The notes under the pieces: generated by a model | The model's input: the letters and a program-made list of their open reading frames with translations, nothing else | What the model was told of the DNA's origin: nothing | The model's database searches: none | Program-made: the position numbers and the translations under genes | Assembly (NCBI GenBank): GCA_020629435.1 | Contig: JAHDDI010000001.1 | Location: 1 to 39,210, forward strand | Length of the DNA: 39,210 bases | Direction of reading: 5' to 3' | DNA from: Minisyncoccota bacterium | Lineage (GTDB): Bacteria; Patescibacteriota; Minisyncoccia; Phycocordibacterales; GCA-2747955 | Shown: piece after piece, positions 10,443-19,953 of the stretch | Layout: each line of letters begins with the position of its first letter | How positions within the stretch are numbered: the first letter of the stretch is position 1

Positions 10443-10772
10443 CTATTCAATTTCAAAGTCAATATCTTCTAAGTCATCGAATTCTAACAATTGTGCGTCT
10501 AGGTCATCTAGTAGTGTCAGGTCTAGTTCCAGACTGGCATCCAAGTCTGACTCGATGCTCTCTAAATCTGTCGATGATGATAATTCTACTTCGTCTTCCT
10601 GTTGTGTGTTTGCTTCAAAATATCCATCCGGTACTACTACTGTTGAACCAGCGTCATATTTTAAATCAGCCAACATATTTTTGTAAAAATATAACCCTGC
10701 TATTGCAACAACCCCAAGGATGATTACAACCGCCAGTGCGGGCCCAAACTGCGTTTTTTTTGTGTTATCCAT
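10443..10772 (-). CDS. Small membrane-anchored protein with very acidic C-terminus
   Basis: One TM helix, then SSSTDLESIESDL acidic segment; 7 nt from the upstream gene. Confidence 0.75.
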   Translation of the reverse strand: MDNTKKTQFGPALAVVIILGVVAIAGLYFYKNMLADLKYDAGSTVVVPDGYFEANTQQEDEVELSSSTDLESIESDLDASLELDLTLLDDLDAQLLEFDDLEDIDFEIE

Positions 10773-10779
10773 AAATATA

Positions 10780-11550
10780 TTAATTAGTTACTTCCACGTC
10801 AGTCTCCGAATCAACAGTGGCCTCGGATCGTAATGATTTTAATTCACTGTGCGCTTGTCGTAATGCTGCGTACATGTCTTTAATTGATTGCATTGTTTCT
10901 TTAAAGAATACTTTTGCCTCGCTTAGCGCTGCACGTGCTTGTTCTGTAGTCTCTGCTGATACCGCAATAGCAATTTGTGCTTGTGCGTCAGCTAGGGACG
11001 ATTCCGCGCTCACTTGAGCATCAGCTGCAATAGCAATTTGTGCTGATACTGCACTAGTGTCCAAACCTTGTTGTGCAAAATTTTCGGTTGCGTCTTCTAG
11101 ACGAGACGTAATTTGTTCACCCCTCTCTATTCCTGCCTGCAGTCGTCGAACGATTAGTTCTGCTCGTTCAGCGATAAAATTTTGGGCCTGAGCTTTTCTT
11201 TTTTCTACCATTTCCTTTCGCTCTGCTTGTATTTGTTCTTTTTCTTCTGCTGCTTTGTCTCGTACCGCCTGTTTTTCTTCATCTGTTGTTGCGGCCTGAA
11301 ATTCTGCACGTAATTCTGTTTTTCGTGCATCAGTAGCTGCTTTAAACTCGGTTTTTGCTTCAGCGTTATTGATTCGGAACTGTTCTCTGGTTTCTTGAAT
11401 TTGTTCTTTGGTTTCTTGAGCCTGTGTTCGCACAGCATTACGTGCTTCTTTATCAAAAAGACGTGCGTTACCTTGCACTGAAACTCCTGTTGTTTGTGCA
11501 GATGCAGCAACAGCTGAGAATCCAATTAGTACTAGTAGTGTTTTTTTCAT
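10780..11550 (-). CDS. Secreted coiled-coil hypothetical protein
   Basis: Signal peptide MKKTLLVLIGFSAVAASA; Ala/Glu/Gln/Lys-rich helical body. Confidence 0.8.
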   Translation of the reverse strand: MKKTLLVLIGFSAVAASAQTTGVSVQGNARLFDKEARNAVRTQAQETKEQIQETREQFRINNAEAKTEFKAATDARKTELRAEFQAATTDEEKQAVRDKAAEEKEQIQAERKEMVEKRKAQAQNFIAERAELIVRRLQAGIERGEQITSRLEDATENFAQQGLDTSAVSAQIAIAADAQVSAESSLADAQAQIAIAVSAETTEQARAALSEAKVFFKETMQSIKDMYAALRQAHSELKSLRSEATVDSETDVEVTN

Positions 11551-11742
11551 AATATGTTTTTACAATAAATAATAACGGGTGCATCCCATTACTATTTATA
11601 ATACTTGTGACAAAATTAAAAGCAAAATTGACGAATATTCTGACTGTCCACATAATATCGATTGGTTAGTGAGAATATATTGGTATATTAAAGATAAGAG
11701 TTAATTGCAACACTAACAGTACCGACAGAAAGGTAGGTAGTT

Positions 11743-12129
11743 TTCGATAATATTGACCCGCAACTCATCAACCGTCATCATCCCCTACCAAAAAGTAAGG
11801 GTGGGTCTCGGACAATCCCAGTACCAGCATGGCGACACGCATGTCATCACACCATTGCCTCAAATTATCTCTGTGACTTAGCAATTCCTTGTTACAGTTT
11901 TGCACTAATGCATGGTCTCGGCTGGGGTGGACATATCCAAATCAAACGACCTGGTCAATTTTGTTTTCAAAGCCTGCCATTTGATGAAGGTATGCTCAGA
12001 AGCAGGCAGATCACGGTCAAGTTGGCAATCCAAGCGATGTTTGGGCCCAGTCCCCACCCAAGAAAAGTGTGTGCAGAACTAGAGAAAATCTGGTTGCCAC
12101 CTGAAGGAAAGCTTCGTTATATTACATGA
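11743..12129 (+). CDS. HNH-like protein (paralog of the downstream gene); start non-canonical (TTC?) or mutated
   Basis: The frame of ORF 11908..12129 is open from 11737 and encodes NRHHPLPKSKGGSRTIPVPAWRHACHH; AGAAAGGTAGG lies 5 nt before in-frame TTC at 11743; C-terminus aligns with the next gene. Confidence 0.6.
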   Translation, partial: FDNIDPQLINRHHPLPKSKGGSRTIPVPAWRHACHHTIASNYLCDLAIPCYSFALMHGLGWGGHIQIKRPGQFCFQSLPFDEGMLRSRQITVKLAIQAMFGPSPHPRKVCAELEKIWLPPEGKLRYIT

Positions 12130-12135
12130 CAAAAC

Positions 12136-12192
12136 CAGGCCGCGTAATCGATGCGCGGCCTGCAGAAAATCGAACCGTTTTACGGTTTTTTT
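12136..12192 (+). terminator. GC-rich hairpin followed by a second hairpin with U-tract
   Basis: CAGGCCGCGTA-atcga-TGCGCGGCCTG, then AACCGT-ttt-ACGGTT-TTTTT. Confidence 0.65.
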
Positions 12193-12298
12193 AATTCATT
12201 AATTTGACAATATACACAATGTTATTAACAATAGTTAATACTGCCCCATAACAGGGATGTTATATTTAATTAAACGATAACAAGAAAGGTAGGCTATT

Positions 12299-12796
12299 TT
12301 GACAAAACAACGTTTAAGTTCTCGCGCCAACAAACACCTTCCACGGTCGAGTCCCCACAGGGCTAAACACCCTTCAAGGCAATCCCAGTTGCGACGTTTT
12401 GGGGTCACTGACAAGACGCATATGAATGTCCACCACAAGCGACCACTTTCTGGTGGAGGCGGCTGGTCAGACAACAACATATCGATTGTCTACAAGCGTG
12501 CTCACAAGTTCTGGAATGCCTTGTGTGCGGACAACCAAAACATCAGAAACGTCTCCCGCGTTATTATCTCGCTGATACGTTCGATGACGGGCAAGTGGTC
12601 TTGGCTACTTAAAGTCTGTTCAAGAATTGGTGGTAAAACCGGATGGATTGAGTCCGGCGAATCGTGTGTGCCAAATGACAGACAGGTTCGTGCCTTCACA
12701 AAACTGTTTGCGGGACTGGGCCCATTTGCCGTTGTTCGAGTCGTTAACGACATATGGATAGACTCCCGTTACAGCATTAGCTTGATCAAAGCCTAA
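12299..12796 (+). CDS. HNH-like (beta-beta-alpha-metal) protein with basic N-terminus
   Basis: NVHHKRPLSGGGGWSDNNISIVYKRAHKFW motif; TTG start 5 nt after AGAAAGGTAGG; terminator follows. Confidence 0.7.
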   Translation: MTKQRLSSRANKHLPRSSPHRAKHPSRQSQLRRFGVTDKTHMNVHHKRPLSGGGGWSDNNISIVYKRAHKFWNALCADNQNIRNVSRVIISLIRSMTGKWSWLLKVCSRIGGKTGWIESGESCVPNDRQVRAFTKLFAGLGPFAVVRVVNDIWIDSRYSISLIKA

Positions 12797-12802
12797 AAAT
12801 GC

Positions 12803-12830
12803 AAAGGTCCCACGTGCGCGTGGGACCTTT
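12803..12830. terminator. Bidirectional terminator between the HNH-like gene and glyS
   Basis: AAAGGTCCCACG-tgcg-CGTGGGACCTTT. Confidence 0.8.
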
Positions 12831-12834
12831 TGAA

Positions 12835-14235
12835 TTATGTATATGACTGTTTAATTTGTTCTGTAAAATAATTATCTAATTCTGAAATTGGCATTCGTAC
12901 CTGCTCCATGGAATCTCGTTCTCGGACAGTTACTGTTGCGTCTTCTTTGCTTTCATAATCAACAGTGACGCACCATTTTGTTCCTACTTCGTCTGCGCGT
13001 CTGTATCGTTTTCCCACTGACCCAGATTCGTCATAGGTGCATCGAAATTGCGAATTCAATTCACGATATATATCTAATGCCATTTCCGACAGTCCGTCTT
13101 TTTTCATCAACGGCAGTATTGCTATTTGTACCGGAGAGAGAAAGGGTTTTAATCGCAACACTACACGAACGTCGCTTTTTTCTTCGGTTCCGACTTCTTC
13201 TTCGTCGTACGCTTCGGATAATACCGCCAGGAATAACCGACCCATCCCCATTGATGTCTCGATAATATAGGGAATAAATTTTTCTCCATTGTCATTAAAT
13301 GATAAATCTACCCCACTATGTTTAGTATGTTGAGACAAATCATAGTCCGTTCGGTCATGGACCCCCTCTACTTCGTCATATCCGTATGATGGATAATTGT
13401 ATTCAATATCCCATGCATCTGATGCATAAAACACCAGATTGTCATGTTGTGACCATTGCAGGTTGTCTTTGTTGACTCCTAAATCCAGATACCAATCAAA
13501 TCGTTCCTGGCGGATTTTATCAAAATGGTCCTTGTTGGTTCCAGGTTTAACAAAGTATTGTGTATCTGCCTGTTCAAATTCCCTGGTTCGAAACAAAAAT
13601 TGTCGTGGTGAAATTTCGTTACGAAATGCCTTTCCGATTTGTGCGATTCCGAATGGAATTTTTGGATGCAGAGAATCGACTACGTTTTTGTAGTTCAGAT
13701 ATATCCCCTGGCACGCTTCTCCTGGTAGGTACACCGGGTCAGAACCTTCTGCAGTGAAATCACCTAAATTAGATTTCACTAACAAATTAAACGACCGTGC
13801 TTCAGAAAAATCAGTTGACCCACATTTGTAACATTTTATTTCGTCTCGTTTAGAGTCAAACAAAGTGTTAATTTCTTTGTCAGTCATTTTCTCGTCTGCT
13901 TCGATTCCAACTTTTTCTAATTCTTTGTCTACACGAATCCTGTTTTGACAGACACGGCAGTCGGCCAGGGGGTCAGAAAATCCACTGGTGTGTCCTGACG
14001 CATCCCACACCGCAGGATTTTTAAACATAGCCGAATCTATTTCAAAAAAATCTCTTTTTTCTTGTACTGTTTTTTTTCTGAAATAGTCTTTTAAATTATT
14101 GAGTAGTACTGCTCCATGAGGTCCAAAGTCATATACACCTGCCAACCCATCGTATATTTCTGAACCTTGGTACACAAAACCTTTGCGTTTTGTGTACGCA
14201 ATAATCGTATCCATTGATTTTTCTGAATGATTCAT
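12835..14235 (-). CDS. glyS: Glycine--tRNA ligase, alpha2 (archaeal/eukaryal-type)
   Basis: GSEIYDG..YDFGPHG, PFGIAQIGKAFRNEISPRQFLFRTREFEQ, anticodon-binding GSVGKRYRRADEVGT. Confidence 0.95.
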   Translation of the reverse strand: MNHSEKSMDTIIAYTKRKGFVYQGSEIYDGLAGVYDFGPHGAVLLNNLKDYFRKKTVQEKRDFFEIDSAMFKNPAVWDASGHTSGFSDPLADCRVCQNRIRVDKELEKVGIEADEKMTDKEINTLFDSKRDEIKCYKCGSTDFSEARSFNLLVKSNLGDFTAEGSDPVYLPGEACQGIYLNYKNVVDSLHPKIPFGIAQIGKAFRNEISPRQFLFRTREFEQADTQYFVKPGTNKDHFDKIRQERFDWYLDLGVNKDNLQWSQHDNLVFYASDAWDIEYNYPSYGYDEVEGVHDRTDYDLSQHTKHSGVDLSFNDNGEKFIPYIIETSMGMGRLFLAVLSEAYDEEEVGTEEKSDVRVVLRLKPFLSPVQIAILPLMKKDGLSEMALDIYRELNSQFRCTYDESGSVGKRYRRADEVGTKWCVTVDYESKEDATVTVRERDSMEQVRMPISELDNYFTEQIKQSYT

Positions 14236-14273
14236 GACAGTATTATATCAGAATTGTTATCTGCTGCGATTGG

Positions 14274-16244
14274 TTATTCCTGTACTCGCGCATTAGCGGA
14301 GACAAAATTTGGGTCTTCCCCTAGGCGAGTGGTATGTTCTGAGTCATCCGTAGTGATAGTGATCCCGGTAAACGCATCTGTTGCTTGCAGTGACACATCT
14401 TCGATTAACACCGGTGACTGGTTTACTTGATTCAAAGATGGTTCAAAGCCAATAGTAAAGAAGGCTTCTTTGGTAGGACTAGAGAACCCAACTCCTGGTT
14501 CGATATCACCTGCATTCCACGTTACTGTTCTGGTGCGACTGTCGTACTGGATATTTTCTTCACTAGGAGCAATTTGATTCGCAAAAGAAACATAGGGAGG
14601 TAACTTGGCAGAAAGGGTGGTGTTTTGTATTCCACTTGTTGTGTTTTTTATTTGCCACCGCACCGTATATGTTGTGACTTCTCCGACAGTCGGCGTTGTG
14701 GGACCCACGTTCTGCAGTGGACCTACAGAATACAGCACTGACTGATCCACAAAAGCGTCAGTAGCAAGTGTAATTCTGGTTCGCTTTTGTACTTGAATTT
14801 TCTTTTCTTCACCTCCTTGTTCAAAATTTGTTGCGCGGGCAACCAAATCAATCACTAATTCTGGATTAGTCACCATGCCTGCAAATTCTTCAAAATCTAG
14901 TAGTTGTGTATCAAATTGCAACACTCCTTTTTCTCCCGACTCTATGCCTGCCAGTTGTCCGATCTCTGATGAACTCCAGTTTACGGTATTGTTGTTTGAC
15001 CTATAGTATCCACGTGTACTGGAAACGTCACGCGTGTCATACACCAGACCAACAAGATTTGCAGTAAATTCTACATCAATTAGTTTACTCAGTAATGTGT
15101 TTACATAATTTATATCAAAATTTAAATCCTGACCGGTTCGTGCAACATGTACTGAGCCTGGGTTGTTGTTTACCATAACTGCAATATCAATTGGTGGTTT
15201 AGCAAGTGCCAATACGGATTGGGTTGATACAAATTCTACGCCAATTGTTCCTGGCCGATTTGCATCTTCTGACCCTAAACGATAGCGAAATGTTCGTTGT
15301 TCATTGTCTTGCCCAACAATAGTTCCCGACAATATTATTGATTGTTTTTCTCCTGGATCCAGTGCATCCAACAGGTAGGTTTCTGAATCTATTCCTGGCG
15401 CCGATGAGCTGGCAAAATCAAATCCAAACGGATAATCAATGGACAGCAATAAGTTCGATATGGTTTCTGCGGCATTAGATTGTACGTCAACAACAATCGT
15501 CATCTCGTCTCCTGTTTGGTAATTTCCTTCGTGCTGTGCACTGATTGTTACAGGAGCTGATTCAACCACAATCTGATACAGTCTTTCTTTAAAAAAAATT
15601 CTATCAGAGTCTGGGACTCGATACTGAAACACAATATTAATATCCTTGGTTTCTCCTTCTTTCCCTAACAAAATTGCAGAAAATTTAACCGTGTCTGATA
15701 GACCAGAACGAATCTCGTCTATACTTTTTATATCTTTATCCAGGGGTAAATTTTGACCATCTGCTGTGATAGTTCCTTTGGGGTAATTAATAACTACGTC
15801 AGTCAGGATCATAGATACTGGATTGTTGTTTGCCACAGTGATATCAAAATCTACCTCTTCGCCTCCGGCAACGGAATTTGGACCGAGCACTGACAAATCA
15901 ACCGCATCGTATGACACCTCGTTTTGTCCATAAAAAAATACTAAAAACGCACCCATAACAGAAAAAGCAAAAAATAATCCAGACAGTATAAATAGTTTTG
16001 CAAACAAAGTTATTGGTTTCTTTTTAACTTGTTTTTTCTCGACTAAATCAATTTCTTTTTCTGTTTCTTTTACTGGATCCCAGGACTGAGCCACGTTAGT
16101 GGCGTTTTTACTAAAACCCTTTCTTTTGTAAGGTTTTACTGTGGTATTTTTTGCATACAATTTCTGTTGTATGTCATGTACCCCACCCAGCTGAGGTGGT
16201 TGTTTTTTTTCTTTATCAGTTCCGTATGTGCTTTTGTAAACCAT
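14274..16244 (-). CDS. Conserved membrane-anchored multi-Ig-like-domain protein (DUF11-like)
   Basis: N-terminal TM helix, repeated beta-sandwich patterns, GPTTPTVGEVTTYTVRW and RTVTWNAGDI motifs. Confidence 0.8.
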   Translation of the reverse strand: MVYKSTYGTDKEKKQPPQLGGVHDIQQKLYAKNTTVKPYKRKGFSKNATNVAQSWDPVKETEKEIDLVEKKQVKKKPITLFAKLFILSGLFFAFSVMGAFLVFFYGQNEVSYDAVDLSVLGPNSVAGGEEVDFDITVANNNPVSMILTDVVINYPKGTITADGQNLPLDKDIKSIDEIRSGLSDTVKFSAILLGKEGETKDINIVFQYRVPDSDRIFFKERLYQIVVESAPVTISAQHEGNYQTGDEMTIVVDVQSNAAETISNLLLSIDYPFGFDFASSSAPGIDSETYLLDALDPGEKQSIILSGTIVGQDNEQRTFRYRLGSEDANRPGTIGVEFVSTQSVLALAKPPIDIAVMVNNNPGSVHVARTGQDLNFDINYVNTLLSKLIDVEFTANLVGLVYDTRDVSSTRGYYRSNNNTVNWSSSEIGQLAGIESGEKGVLQFDTQLLDFEEFAGMVTNPELVIDLVARATNFEQGGEEKKIQVQKRTRITLATDAFVDQSVLYSVGPLQNVGPTTPTVGEVTTYTVRWQIKNTTSGIQNTTLSAKLPPYVSFANQIAPSEENIQYDSRTRTVTWNAGDIEPGVGFSSPTKEAFFTIGFEPSLNQVNQSPVLIEDVSLQATDAFTGITITTDDSEHTTRLGEDPNFVSANARVQE

Positions 16245-16303
16245 GTTACATCAGTATAGCAAGAATTATTTCAAGGTACACAAAATAACGGTATACTGGG
16301 AAC

Positions 16304-17260
16304 ATGCCTGAATTACCCGAAGTACAAAATACAGTCGACGGAATCAATTCGTCTGTTATGGGTGAAACCATTACAGACGCATGGTCGGACTACGATAGTC
16401 CTTTTTATTATGGTAAAAATCAGATTAAAGACCCTGTTTATTTTAATTATTTTAAGCAACAGATAATCGGAACAAAAATACTTCGTGCAGAACGCCGGGC
16501 AAAACATATTCTGATTTACTTGGACTCAGGTGCTACTATTGCAGTGCACATGAAAATGACCGGACACTTTTTATATGGTCACTGGGATTGGGACAACGTA
16601 GATAACAAATGGCAACCAGAATCTGGATTTTGGGATACATCTTGGGACATGACTAAAGACGAAGTAAAAAAGACTATGCCTTTTTCTGATCCTTTTAATA
16701 ATTTTATTCATGTTTTATTTCATTTGGGGAACGGCATGCATTTAGCATTTTCTGATATGCGTAAATTTGCTAGCATGACACTATTAGAAAACGAATCTGA
16801 GATTCAGGATTTGTTACATCAATATGGTCCCGAACCGCTTGCTCATGGCATGACGGCACACAAACTATTTCATAAATTAAAAACACGACCCAACAAAAAA
16901 ATTAAAACAGCGCTACTGGACCAGTCATTGGTTGCCGGGTATGGAAATATCTATACCGACGAGGCGTTGTTTGCATCATGTATTCATCCAGAATCTCGGG
17001 TAAGAGCCATCCCTGATGATGCATGGGAAAAATTATTTATAGAAAGCAAGAAAATTTTGCGTAGCGCGATTAAACATGGCGGTGATTCTATGGGCGACTA
17101 CCGACGCATTGATGGAACTGGTGGAACATTTCACAACATGCACACCATGTATCAAAAAGAAAAAACGCCCTGTATACGTTGTGAAGAAATTATTATTAAA
17201 AAACAAATCGACGCACGTGTGGGTCGATTGTGTCCTAACTGTCAGGTGCTGTATATATAA
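16304..17260 (+). CDS. mutM: Formamidopyrimidine-DNA glycosylase (Fpg)
   Basis: MPELPEV, RRAKHI, HMKMTG, LLDQSLVAGYGNIYTDEALF, C-terminal CxxC..CxxCQ zinc finger. Confidence 0.96.
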   Translation: MPELPEVQNTVDGINSSVMGETITDAWSDYDSPFYYGKNQIKDPVYFNYFKQQIIGTKILRAERRAKHILIYLDSGATIAVHMKMTGHFLYGHWDWDNVDNKWQPESGFWDTSWDMTKDEVKKTMPFSDPFNNFIHVLFHLGNGMHLAFSDMRKFASMTLLENESEIQDLLHQYGPEPLAHGMTAHKLFHKLKTRPNKKIKTALLDQSLVAGYGNIYTDEALFASCIHPESRVRAIPDDAWEKLFIESKKILRSAIKHGGDSMGDYRRIDGTGGTFHNMHTMYQKEKTPCIRCEEIIIKKQIDARVGRLCPNCQVLYI

Positions 17261-17261
17261 T

Positions 17262-17519
17262 TTATTCTGAACCAGATTCACTGTCTCCTTCTATCTCTTC
17301 TTCGGGGATAGATCCGAATACTTCGTTTTCTCCGTATTGTTCGGGAACACCAGTGACCTCTACAAAAAGACCGTTCTCGCCTGCGGCACGACGAGACTCG
17401 CCTCGTTCAACACCACCAGTTGAACGCCATAATGCGTAGACAATAATAAATATTGCCAAAATAGTAAACTTTGGAAAGTTTTTAAACATGTCACCTATAA
17501 ATGCTCCAAGCTCGTTCAT
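17262..17519 (-). CDS. Small membrane protein
   Basis: One TM helix followed by LWRSTGGVERG; TATCAT 6 nt before ATG. Confidence 0.7.
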   Translation of the reverse strand: MNELGAFIGDMFKNFPKFTILAIFIIVYALWRSTGGVERGESRRAAGENGLFVEVTGVPEQYGENEVFGSIPEEEIEGDSESGSE

Positions 17520-17554
17520 GTTTCTATGATATCAAATAAAACGATTAACAGTAA

Positions 17555-18037
17555 CTATTTATTGAGAATTCGAAACAAAGCAATTCCACAGCTGGTGGAT
17601 ACATTTAAGGATTCTTTTTCACCGGCCATAGGAATATGACAGACCATATCAGCCGCATTCAGCCACTGGTCTGAGACTCCTGTGTTTTCGTTACCAACAA
17701 TTAACGCAAACGGAACCAGTCCATCGGGGACTGGAATCGATTTATAGTCAACTGAACTGTCTGTAATTTCTAGGCAAACCATATCTGTACCTGATTCCTG
17801 TAAATATGTAATTGCATCAACTGTTTCAGGGAATTGTTTCCATGGCACCATGGTTTGTGCACCCACGGCTGATTTAGCCAAGTCAGATCGCTCACGGCCA
17901 AATCGGTCAACAGGTGCTGGAGTAATACCAACCAACACAATTTCGTCTACACCCGCTGCTTCTGCTGTACGAAACATAGCCCCTACGTTGTGCACGGATC
18001 TGATATTGTCTAAAACCAAAATAATTTTATTCTCCAT
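17555..18037 (-). CDS. TrmH/SpoU-family SPOUT RNA methyltransferase
   Basis: LDNIRSVHNVGAMFRTA, VGNENTGV, IPMAGEKESLNVS. Confidence 0.93.
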   Translation of the reverse strand: MENKIILVLDNIRSVHNVGAMFRTAEAAGVDEIVLVGITPAPVDRFGRERSDLAKSAVGAQTMVPWKQFPETVDAITYLQESGTDMVCLEITDSSVDYKSIPVPDGLVPFALIVGNENTGVSDQWLNAADMVCHIPMAGEKESLNVSTSCGIALFRILNK

Positions 18038-18764
18038 AAAAAATGTCTCTTATGTACTGTACTAATTGTGCTCGAGCTTTTTCTTCAAAATTGTGGTCTC
18101 CGTCTATCTCTGAAAAAATTACCCGATCAAGTTCTTTGATCAGTTCGGGTCGGTTTTCAATCACTGTATCTTGTTTTGCTTGTAGAACGTATAAATCACC
18201 TGTAACTTGTGCGTATTGATCTAATGGAATATAGCTTTGCAATTCAGTAAAAAATGACGCAGCGATATGAGTACGGGCACTATCACTTCTCTCTGCAATG
18301 ATATCTCCGTTGGCCTCAATAAGCGTGCCTGGTTTTTGGGTAAAATATTCTTGCAGTCGCTGAGATACGGGTGTGATAGATGGAGCCAAAAGTATTTTAT
18401 ACCCATCAAATTGACTGAAAACAGATGACGCTACTAACCCACCCAGACTATGGGCAATCAAATGCACCGTCAGTGGTTTATAGTGCGCTTGTACATGTTC
18501 CACAACTGTTGCGATTGTTTTTTGCATTACTTCATACGAACCTATTATTGTGTCCCCATTCTCTAATACCTGTGAATAATCAAAACGAACACAGAGATAG
18601 TCTGGCATTAGTTCCTGTTCGATATCAATGAACATACCTCGGCTGTCTCGCCCCACACCAAATCCATGAGAAAATACTACAACTTCTTTCGCAGTAGCAG
18701 GTCCTGCTACTTCGACTGTTGTAGTGAATTCATCTGTAATTTTTAGTTGATATTGTTTATTCAT
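18027..18764 (-). CDS. Alpha/beta hydrolase
   Basis: VFSHGFG, AHSLGG nucleophile, QDTVI, GDHNF; start is either 18779 or 18764. Confidence 0.88.
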   Translation of the reverse strand: MNKQYQLKITDEFTTTVEVAGPATAKEVVVFSHGFGVGRDSRGMFIDIEQELMPDYLCVRFDYSQVLENGDTIIGSYEVMQKTIATVVEHVQAHYKPLTVHLIAHSLGGLVASSVFSQFDGYKILLAPSITPVSQRLQEYFTQKPGTLIEANGDIIAERSDSARTHIAASFFTELQSYIPLDQYAQVTGDLYVLQAKQDTVIENRPELIKELDRVIFSEIDGDHNFEEKARAQLVQYIRDIFYGE

Positions 18765-18908
18765 TTCGTAATATTTCATTTAATAATTCTGGAAACTCTT
18801 CGGTACCTAGACTAGTAGATGATTGCATTTTTCATTACTAGAATAATAACACAGACCCACTGTTGGCAATTTGTAAAAAAATTGTTACAATCCCGACACA
18901 ATTTATAT

Positions 18909-18981
18909 CCTCCTGTAGCTCAGTCGGTAGAGCAGCAGCCTTTTAAGCTGACGGTCGTAGGTTCGAACCCTACCGGGAGGA
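18909..18981 (+). tRNA. tRNA-Lys (UUU)
   Basis: Acceptor CCTCCTG/CGGGAGG, D arm TAGCTCAGTCGGTAGAGC, anticodon loop CTTTTAA, T arm GTAGG-TTCGAAC-CCTAC; CCA not encoded. Confidence 0.95.
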
Positions 18982-19016
18982 CAAGTTAATGGAGACGCTC
19001 TTGGTGAGTGTTTTTA

Positions 19017-19952
19017 TTATTTTAATAAAATATTATTTGCTTTCTCAAAAAATATTTTTGTCCGTCTTTGTGATCCCCATAAAAGTATCCTTGTTCTTAA
19101 TTTCAATGTGGGTGATTGCTGAGTTCTGTGTTTAGTTAATTCTGTTTGTCCAGCATTTATCATATTCTTTGTCCAAATCTCTAGCCCTGGTGACTGGGCG
19201 ATGAATTTTTTTATTTTCTTTAAACGCTGCGACATTGAGATGTCTTGTATCTCTTCGAGATCTTTCGCAAGATTGATTATTTCAGTGCCATTACATACAT
19301 ATTCTTTTGGGATATTTATCAAACCTTCGGCAACATCTTCAACAACATCTCTTAATAAATAAAAGTGAAGTCGACCAGCCTTAACTAAAGGCCAAAAAGA
19401 TTCTAATTTCTCATGCGCTTCGCCAAAAATTTCAAATATTAAAGCAAATATACCTTCAAATTCCATTTGGCAAACATATTCTTCTATTTCTTTGTCTGTA
19501 CGCCAAATTAGTTCTCCATTCTGTGCACTAGTGCGTCTTTGCGCATCCTGATAAACACACGTGAAAATATTTATGAACGCCTGTCTAATGATTTGAGTAT
19601 CCCTTCCCAAGGTCTGAGCTATATCGCATATATGCTGCAGTAAATGTTCGTTATCAGTATGAGGTTCTCTGTCTGTTTCTAGAAAATCTAAAATTTCTAA
19701 CAAGTGTCTTTCTCCAACTATACTATCTCCTTCATCCGCAACATCGTCCACTGTACGTACAACTACATAAGCCATTTCATACATACGCATTACCTGTAGT
19801 TTGTCTGTGACCCATGCAACTATCGGAGAAAAACGTAACATCATCAAATCACTCATTGCGGTAAAGGGATATTTAAAAGAATTTACTGAATCATAACAAG
19901 ATTTTCTTTTGGTTGGATAAAAATCCTTTAGAGGTTTTAATTTTGATCTCAT
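19017..19952 (-). CDS. Squalene/phytoene synthase-like (class I head-to-head isoprenoid synthase fold)
   Basis: AYVVVRTVDDVADEG, TDKEIEEYV and LLRDVVEDVAEGLINIP match the two Asp-rich motifs of the family. Confidence 0.75.
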   Translation of the reverse strand: MRSKLKPLKDFYPTKRKSCYDSVNSFKYPFTAMSDLMMLRFSPIVAWVTDKLQVMRMYEMAYVVVRTVDDVADEGDSIVGERHLLEILDFLETDREPHTDNEHLLQHICDIAQTLGRDTQIIRQAFINIFTCVYQDAQRRTSAQNGELIWRTDKEIEEYVCQMEFEGIFALIFEIFGEAHEKLESFWPLVKAGRLHFYLLRDVVEDVAEGLINIPKEYVCNGTEIINLAKDLEEIQDISMSQRLKKIKKFIAQSPGLEIWTKNMINAGQTELTKHRTQQSPTLKLRTRILLWGSQRRTKIFFEKANNILLK

Positions 19953-19953
19953 A

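Noticed and set aside
11630..11655. Possible fifth ECF promoter upstream of the 11550 gene (ATTCGTCAA)
   Set aside because: No TGTAAGA element at the 14-nt spacing.
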